Shown in pieces: positions 58,355 through 64,000 of a DNA stretch of 64,000 nucleotides. The notes under the pieces are model-generated. The model ran no database searches and was not told the origin of the DNA. It saw nothing but the letters and a program-made list of their open reading frames with translations. Each line of letters opens with the position of its first letter. The stretch's first letter is position 1. The stretch is from Herbaspirillum sp. Lineage in GTDB: Bacteria; Pseudomonadota; Gammaproteobacteria; Burkholderiales; Burkholderiaceae_D. The DNA lies in contig JAQGNR010000009.1 in the NCBI GenBank assembly GCA_028291765.1, forward strand, positions 3,223 through 67,222, written 5' to 3'. A program made the position numbers and the translations under genes.

Positions 58355-59845
58355 TCAGTCCGCCAATTCGGAGGCCAGATCTGCCGTCGACAATGGAATG
58401 TTCCCCACTCTTCCGACCTGGCAGGCGGCGGCGATTGAGCCGAGATACATGCTTTGCCAGATATCCACGCCTAAGGCCATCGCCATGGAACAACACGTCA
58501 GCAAACTATCCCCGGCGCCGGCGGAATCCTTGGGGGCCGTATTGAACGCCGGCAAGCGATCCGTAAGCCACTCTTCACGGTTGTCCGACGAAGCATGCGC
58601 GATGACGCCCTCGGCGCCTAATGTCATTATGATATTTTTTGCGCGTGATTTCTTCCGCAACTTTTCAGCCAGCACGATCAGACCGGAATTGAAATCCCGA
58701 ACCGCCAAACGTGCTTCCCGTTCAGTCGGCGTCAACAACAGCATATTCTTGAAGCGCGAAACATCCCCCATTTGCGATGACGATTGACTATCTGCAACCA
58801 TCGGGATTTTGCGGCGGCGGCACGCTTCGGAAATTTCATCGACAACATACTGCGGCAGGCAGCCGTAATTGAAATCGGAAAAAATAACGATATCGGTATT
58901 CGGCAGCGCAGCTTTGACGGCTGCGACGTATCGAGCGCCCAACTGGAGTTGGATATCGTGCTGGCGCAGGTGGCTTACGCGCAGCAAAGTTTTACCCGAG
59001 GCCCGATATCGCTGCTTAAGCGTGGTCGGACGGCTTTCATCTTCGAATATCTCGGCGCTAACGCCATATTCCACTAATTTTTCTTGTGCAAATTCCGCCG
59101 TGGCATCCTTGCCGGACACGGAAAAAAACTTGACGTCCGCACCTAATTCACGCGCATGGGAAGCAACGATCGCCGCCCCGCCGATAAATTTCTCTTGCTG
59201 GATCGGCGTTACCACCAGCGTCGGATCTTCCTGCGACATGCCCACCGGATCGCATGTCACATATTCGTCAATGATCAGATCGCCTAAGACGATCACGCGA
59301 AAGCCTTTGAACCTGAACATCACTTCACGCAAATTGGCCATCGTAAAGCCATGCCGCCCGGGAAAATCGGGTTGCCGGATAATCGAGGAAAGATTGGCAC
59401 TCGCCATGTCCCGCTTCAGCAGGTCAACCGAAGAAAAGCGCATTTCGCCCGAACTAAACATCAACGAACCGCCATAGCTATCGACGGCCGCCTGTTCCAG
59501 ATTGAATAGCGCCTCGTGTTCCTTGCCTTTTACGACAATTAACGGCTTGATTTCGCGTATGACTGCGTCCGCCGGACGCGCCATGATGAAAGAATAATTT
59601 ACAAAGCTGATCGCGTTGATGCCATCCAGCCGGAGCGCCTCAGGAACCATCACGCCTTCGGTCGCATCGGGCGTCACGCCGACCACCAGGAAATCGCCGC
59701 ACTCAGCGGCAAAGCGCAGCAAACGGAGATGCCCCGGGTGGACCGTATTAAAGTTACCGGCAACAAAAACGACGCGCTTGCCTGCTTTGGTTACGCTTTC
59801 GATGTCGGCGACGACATCATGATTTATCGATGAAGAATCGCTCAA
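58355..59845 (-). CDS. Bifunctional cytidylyltransferase-like / PfkB sugar kinase protein (HldE-like, domains in reverse order)
   Basis: The N-terminus has VVFVAGNFNTVHPGHLRLLRFA (the HxGH nucleotidyltransferase motif). The C-terminal two-thirds has VIVLGDLIIDEY..., GGAAIVA and SAGAGDSLL (PfkB). It uses a TTG start. Confidence 0.75.
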   Translation of the reverse strand: MSDSSSINHDVVADIESVTKAGKRVVFVAGNFNTVHPGHLRLLRFAAECGDFLVVGVTPDATEGVMVPEALRLDGINAISFVNYSFIMARPADAVIREIKPLIVVKGKEHEALFNLEQAAVDSYGGSLMFSSGEMRFSSVDLLKRDMASANLSSIIRQPDFPGRHGFTMANLREVMFRFKGFRVIVLGDLIIDEYVTCDPVGMSQEDPTLVVTPIQQEKFIGGAAIVASHARELGADVKFFSVSGKDATAEFAQEKLVEYGVSAEIFEDESRPTTLKQRYRASGKTLLRVSHLRQHDIQLQLGARYVAAVKAALPNTDIVIFSDFNYGCLPQYVVDEISEACRRRKIPMVADSQSSSQMGDVSRFKNMLLLTPTEREARLAVRDFNSGLIVLAEKLRKKSRAKNIIMTLGAEGVIAHASSDNREEWLTDRLPAFNTAPKDSAGAGDSLLTCCSMAMALGVDIWQSMYLGSIAAACQVGRVGNIPLSTADLASELAD

Positions 59846-59961
59846 AATATACGACCTGTTCAGTTAAAACGATTATCAAAATACCGCTATATCGTGTTCG
59901 AAATTGGCAACGGAGCGATCATCGCTGCGCGCCACTTCGGTCTTCATTGTTTCAAGAATAA

Positions 59962-61143
59962 TCAGGACATTTTCTGGAAAACACCATGATGATTCGGCAT
60001 GCCCCAGGTCGCAATAAACACTTCGTCTTCCCGACAGAATTTGATAATGTTTTCTGCATTTCCCTGCTCTATCAAAATCATCGCCGTTCTGATCATGATC
60101 AATATATCTTTTGCCTTCGCCACATCCGTTTGCGACGTAATTATTTGGCCTTTATTAAAGTAATCAAGAATGTCGTCCAAAATCGATATCGCTTTTTGGC
60201 AATTCGGACTTGAGGCCGCATCAATCAGACCATCTACAATACCAACCAGCTCGGCCAGACCATTCGATAAAGCCGGCGATGGCGAGGACAGCACACATTG
60301 CGTGCTCAAAAAATGGCTTAAACGGCTTTGCTCAATAAATGTAATTGCGGCATCGTTATCGCGCTTGGCAGAATATTCGCCTTTGATCCAATTCATCGCC
60401 AGAACGTCTTTGTAATTTGGCCAAGACGAATATAGTCTGAATTTCCCGTCATGCATCTCGCGCAACAATTCGGCGGGATCGATAAAGTATTTTTTCCGGA
60501 CAAACGGGTTTTGGATGACGTCCATAAACCAGGATTCAATTTTCCGGGTATGAGGAATACTGTCCCATTTTGGTAAAAACAAACGTTTCACGGTGTCGAC
60601 GCCCGGCCCAAATGCCTTGCTGCGCACCACACTCTGATAAAGGGCCTTCAGCAGCAATTCCATGAAGCCGCCATACATTTCGTTGTAGGTGACGATCGCA
60701 AATCCGTCCGGCTTCAGACATTCATGCAGCTTGGCGATCCATGCACTGGTCGGCTGGACAGTATAAATAAAGCCCTCAGCGTCGATAATGTCATATGGCT
60801 TGGTGGGCACAAAATCAAGCACCGACTTCGCAACGATTTCTTTCAAGCTTTTTTCGAGCTTGAACTTGGAGAAATAGCGCTGTATGTAAGGATGCGCTTC
60901 CTTATTTGGCTCCACCAGCGTGACATTTGCGCCCCATTGTGCAAACACCAGCGAGTTTTCTCCGGTATCCGGGCCGAATTCGAGCAGCTCCTTATCCCTG
61001 AATAAGGCGGGCGGCAGAGACATCCGGAAAAAAACATCGTTACGCACTTTTGCATACTTGAACAGTTCAGCATCGCCACTGAAATCGGCATAAGTAGGCT
61101 GGACATCCTGCGCTGCGTAATATTCGTACATTTTTTCCATCAT
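59962..61143 (-). CDS. Putative class I SAM-dependent methyltransferase with a helical C-terminal extension
   Basis: Contains LLEFGPDTGENSLVFAQWGANVTLVEP (motif I-like) and YDIIDAEGF. Its ATG shares 1 nt with the upstream TAA. Confidence 0.55.
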   Translation of the reverse strand: MMEKMYEYYAAQDVQPTYADFSGDAELFKYAKVRNDVFFRMSLPPALFRDKELLEFGPDTGENSLVFAQWGANVTLVEPNKEAHPYIQRYFSKFKLEKSLKEIVAKSVLDFVPTKPYDIIDAEGFIYTVQPTSAWIAKLHECLKPDGFAIVTYNEMYGGFMELLLKALYQSVVRSKAFGPGVDTVKRLFLPKWDSIPHTRKIESWFMDVIQNPFVRKKYFIDPAELLREMHDGKFRLYSSWPNYKDVLAMNWIKGEYSAKRDNDAAITFIEQSRLSHFLSTQCVLSSPSPALSNGLAELVGIVDGLIDAASSPNCQKAISILDDILDYFNKGQIITSQTDVAKAKDILIMIRTAMILIEQGNAENIIKFCREDEVFIATWGMPNHHGVFQKMS

Positions 61144-61898
61144 TATTCTGCCTTGGGAAAATCTCTGATAATTGATTCATGGCTGCGCAGCGTCAATCCG
61201 CCGTCGACCACGATATTTTGTCCGGTAACATACGAAGCCTGATCGCCGGCAAGGAACATGATGACGTTGATAATATCTTGCGATTTACCCGCCCGGCCCA
61301 GCGGAATATATTGCTCGAACCGGTCTGTTAGCCAACTGTTTTCCTTATAAAATTCTTGTGCCGCGTCCTTAATGACGACGCACGGCGATACTGAGTTGAC
61401 GCGTATCCCTTTGCGGCCGAGCTGCAACGCATAATAACGAGCCAATTGCACCAACCCCGCCTTGCTGACGTGGTACCCGACATCCTGTTCGGGTGCGATG
61501 TAATGATCGGCAATGGAACTGACCATCACGATGCTGTTACCGGCCTCGCGCTCACTAAAATAGCGGTGATCTATTACGTGATCGATTGCATTTCTGGTAG
61601 CAGTCAGAGCAACCATCAGATCGGTTTCGAACGCATCCGATGCGGATCGATTACGCTGCATAAAAACGATGCTATAAAGTTTTCCGTGCGTTGCCACCGC
61701 CAAATCCAACGCAGATCGCAACGCAGGAGCATCTGAAACATCGACCGCATGCGCCATCAGGTGCTGATGGCTTAAGCCCGCGTCATGTTTCCGCCCAAAC
61801 ACCGATACCCGATTGCCGGGACCGGAAAGCAAATGTTGCACGAGAGCCTGCCCAGTGCCACGGGTGCCGCCGACAATAATGTAATGCCGGTCAGTCAT
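61143..61898 (-). CDS. Classical short-chain dehydrogenase/reductase
   Basis: Contains YIIVGGTRGTGQAL, MVSSIA and YHVSKAGLVQL (YxxxK). Confidence 0.8.
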   Translation of the reverse strand: MTDRHYIIVGGTRGTGQALVQHLLSGPGNRVSVFGRKHDAGLSHQHLMAHAVDVSDAPALRSALDLAVATHGKLYSIVFMQRNRSASDAFETDLMVALTATRNAIDHVIDHRYFSEREAGNSIVMVSSIADHYIAPEQDVGYHVSKAGLVQLARYYALQLGRKGIRVNSVSPCVVIKDAAQEFYKENSWLTDRFEQYIPLGRAGKSQDIINVIMFLAGDQASYVTGQNIVVDGGLTLRSHESIIRDFPKAE

Positions 61899-63141
61899 TC
61901 TTGACGATCCTCAGCGCCGGCACAGGAACGACAAAACAGCCGCCCTGATCGAGATATGCCTGATTTTTTTGAATGAAGGTATCGGCAAAGCGCCATGCCA
62001 GCACCAGAACATAATCGGGTTTGCGTTCATAAATCGCCGACGTCGGCAGTACCGGCAGATGCAGTCCCGGGCTATAACGGCCTTGCTTGGCAAGATTATC
62101 GTCGACCAGATAATCGAGATATTGGCCGAGTTCAAAATGATAAATCAGCGTCGTACCGGTAATGGATGCGCCGAAGCCGGCGATCGTCTTGCCTTCGCTT
62201 TTTGCCTGTTTCAAAAATTGCAGCGTCTGCTGTTTTAGTCCGTCGATTTTTGCCGCATATGCATCGTAGGTTTCCCGGCGATACACGCCTTTGCTCTCCT
62301 CTTCAGCCAACAATTTTGCAACCGATCCATCATTGGCGATCGGGCCGCCGGAACGCTGCACGAAATAACGCAGCGAGCCGCCCTTGGTGGCGACCCGCTC
62401 AATGGCAACCAGCTCAAGACCGACGCTCGCAAACAAGGCCTGCATCGGCTTGACCGAAAATGAAGACAAGTGTTCATGGTAAATAAAATCGAACACCATA
62501 TTGTCGATCAGATCGGCCAGGTAATAGCTTTCAAAAATGAATATGCCATCTTCGGCCAGCAATGTATTGATGCCGTCCACCCAGGAACGCAGATCATCGA
62601 TATTGGCGAATACGTTATTGGCAGTGACAACGCGGGCATGCCCATGGCTGGCGACGATTTGTTTCGCGAGATCACGCTCAAAAAATTTGCCGATTGTCTC
62701 GATACCGTTGGCAGTCGCCTGTTCGGCGATGTGCGCCGCAAATTCCACACCCAGGACCTTCATCCCCAATTCTTTAAACGACTGCAGCAAGGTGCCGTCG
62801 TTGGAACCCAAATCCATTACCAGCGACCCCGGCGCGACTTCGCAACGTTCTACGACATGCGCGGCATAACTCTGGAAATGCGAATTGAGTCCGAACGAAC
62901 TCTGGGTAACATAGATGTAGCTGCCATAGAGCACGTCGGAATCGATCACGTCGATGATTTGCGCCAGACCGCATTGCTTGCACATATACAAGTCGATCGG
63001 ATAGCTGGGCTGCGTTTCACCCAGACGATCCCGACTGACATAATCATCGCCGATAGGCGTCGGTTTCAATGCAAATACCAATTCGAGATCGGGGCTTGCA
63101 CAGGCGCGGCAATCGGTGCGTTGATGGATAATCTGCTTCAT
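61891..63141 (-). CDS. NDP-hexose C-methyltransferase (TylCIII-like), second copy in the window
   Basis: Contains CRACASPD...CKQCGL, VMDLGSNDGTLL and a C-terminal domain like that of the 10.1-kb gene. ATG 63141 forms an ATGA overlap with the upstream stop. Confidence 0.75.
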   Translation of the reverse strand: MKQIIHQRTDCRACASPDLELVFALKPTPIGDDYVSRDRLGETQPSYPIDLYMCKQCGLAQIIDVIDSDVLYGSYIYVTQSSFGLNSHFQSYAAHVVERCEVAPGSLVMDLGSNDGTLLQSFKELGMKVLGVEFAAHIAEQATANGIETIGKFFERDLAKQIVASHGHARVVTANNVFANIDDLRSWVDGINTLLAEDGIFIFESYYLADLIDNMVFDFIYHEHLSSFSVKPMQALFASVGLELVAIERVATKGGSLRYFVQRSGGPIANDGSVAKLLAEEESKGVYRRETYDAYAAKIDGLKQQTLQFLKQAKSEGKTIAGFGASITGTTLIYHFELGQYLDYLVDDNLAKQGRYSPGLHLPVLPTSAIYERKPDYVLVLAWRFADTFIQKNQAYLDQGGCFVVPVPALRIVKND

Positions 63142-63689
63142 GGATTTCCTGATAATGGCTTGATTCGTTGGTTCAGATCCCTGATATAGCGCTCGGCCGC
63201 GGCGACATCGCTGCCATCCGGCGCCCAATCGGGAAATACCGTAGCTCCGGGTTGGAACGGACCATTCGTCGTTTCGTGAAAGACCAGCACGTCCGAACGA
63301 ATAATCAAGGTATGAAATATCGGCCGCTCCACGCGTTCGTAAAAGGGCCGTCCCGAAGCATAATCGCCCATTTCAATGACCTGCGTCACTTCACCGGCGT
63401 CATCGAAAAAAACGACATCGACCCGCCCGGATATCACATGCATCGATTCGGATTTCCCCGGGTGCTTATGCGGACGGACATAGGCGCTGCGTTCGTGCAC
63501 AATCAGCATCTCGTGCAATTGATCGTCAGGAGAATTATGCGTACACAGGCGAATTCGATTGCGCGGATTTGCCGCAGAAAGTCGTTCCAGATGCTCGATG
63601 TCCGGACGCGACGCTGTGACGATGTCGAGATCCGAATAAATCACTTCGGCATTTTGAAATCGATACTTTCTCGATGGATCAGGCAGCAT
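63138..63689 (-). CDS. WbuC-family cupin
   Basis: Contains RIRLCTHNSPDDQLHEMLIVHERSAYVRPHKHPGKSESMHVISGRVDVVFFDD. The start is ATG 63689 or 63704. Confidence 0.65.
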   Translation of the reverse strand: MLPDPSRKYRFQNAEVIYSDLDIVTASRPDIEHLERLSAANPRNRIRLCTHNSPDDQLHEMLIVHERSAYVRPHKHPGKSESMHVISGRVDVVFFDDAGEVTQVIEMGDYASGRPFYERVERPIFHTLIIRSDVLVFHETTNGPFQPGATVFPDWAPDGSDVAAAERYIRDLNQRIKPLSGNP

Positions 63690-64000
63690 GTTCTTTCCCC
63701 GCAAAGACCATCGTTATTTCAACGCTGACGCGCGTTTGATCGCCCAGATTAACCGCCCCTCCATGTACGATCCCTTCGTTGAACAAAAGCATATTGCCCG
63801 GCTCGGTCAGCATCAGCTCTGCACCGATCGCGGTAATGTCTTCATCGATCAGCGGTTTCATTCCCCCGGCGCCGGCGACAGCGCGATAGCGCCACTCTTT
63901 CTTATGCGAATTAGGCACAATCATCAAGCCGTTCTTGCCGGGCTGCGAGAAAATCGGTATCCAGATTTTGACGGTAACGGCGCCCGGCGGAAAGGCCTGC
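63679..64000 (-). CDS. Phytanoyl-CoA dioxygenase (PhyH)-like Fe(II)/2OG oxygenase, C-terminal part (5' end outside window)
   Basis: The frame stays open to the window edge, giving ...QAFPPGAVTVKIWIPIFSQPGKNGLMIVPNSHKKEW...LLFNEGIVHGGAVN. Confidence 0.55.
   Translation of the reverse strand, partial: QAFPPGAVTVKIWIPIFSQPGKNGLMIVPNSHKKEWRYRAVAGAGGMKPLIDEDITAIGAELMLTEPGNMLLFNEGIVHGGAVNLGDQTRVSVEITMVFAGKEHAA

Noticed and set aside
1-64000. Search for rRNA, tRNA, CRISPR arrays, integrons, prophage, toxin-antitoxin or defence systems.
   Set aside because: I saw no direct-repeat/spacer arrays, no tRNA-like cloverleaf signatures in intergenic DNA, and no nuclease, ATPase or toxin-type ORFs. Every sizeable ORF is accounted for by envelope-glycan functions or IS debris. 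This was a manual reading, so small RNAs cannot be excluded.

Overview
This window is almost entirely one large cell-envelope glycan locus from a Gram-negative bacterium. It looks proteobacterial, but the taxon cannot be assigned from sequence alone.

**Left edge.** The 3' part of an outer-membrane efflux channel (OMF) gene is followed by a 42-nt-arm hairpin and then the LPS inner-core genes waaA, kdoO and waaC.

**Main locus.** rmlD (4.6 kb) and rmlBAC (55-57.5 kb) bracket about 49 kb of mostly minus-strand, tightly packed polysaccharide genes:
- a WbpM/PglF-like dehydratase, a small phosphoglycosyl transferase and a reductase/epimerase
- a visibly AT-richer Wzx block with three GT2 genes, an FkbM methyltransferase, a sugar C-methyltransferase and gmd
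- a gmd-rmd pair flanked by a GT2 gene and a decayed GT2 copy fused to an IS21 transposase stub
- three separate modules of the type polyprenyl-phosphate GT2 + small flippase (SMR-like or GtrA) + large GT-C-like membrane protein. Two of these carry an FAD oxidase + SDR reductase pair.
- a plus-strand island with an ATP-grasp ligase, amidohydrolase, RraA-like aldolase, class I aminotransferase and wecE, interrupted by an IS3 relic and a methyltransferase pseudogene
- an acyltransferase-3 gene
- a 1057-aa fusion protein (methyltransferase, coiled coil, GT2, GT4) next to wzt (with a C-terminal carbohydrate-binding extension) and wzm

**Right edge.** A second sugar-activation and tailoring block holds a nucleotidyltransferase, a domain-swapped HldE-like kinase/cytidylyltransferase, methyltransferases, an SDR, a second C-methyltransferase, a WbuC cupin and a partial PhyH-family dioxygenase.

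**Not found.** I saw no rRNA, tRNA, CRISPR array, intact mobile element or defence/toxin system.

**Most interesting.** The best candidates for undescribed biology are the two oxidase/reductase-containing lipid-carrier sugar modules (about 22-29 kb and 40.7-48.4 kb) and the amino-acid-making/ligating island around wecE (34.9-40.7 kb).

**Basis.** All functional calls rest on motifs read from the translations and on remembered family knowledge. No database search was run.
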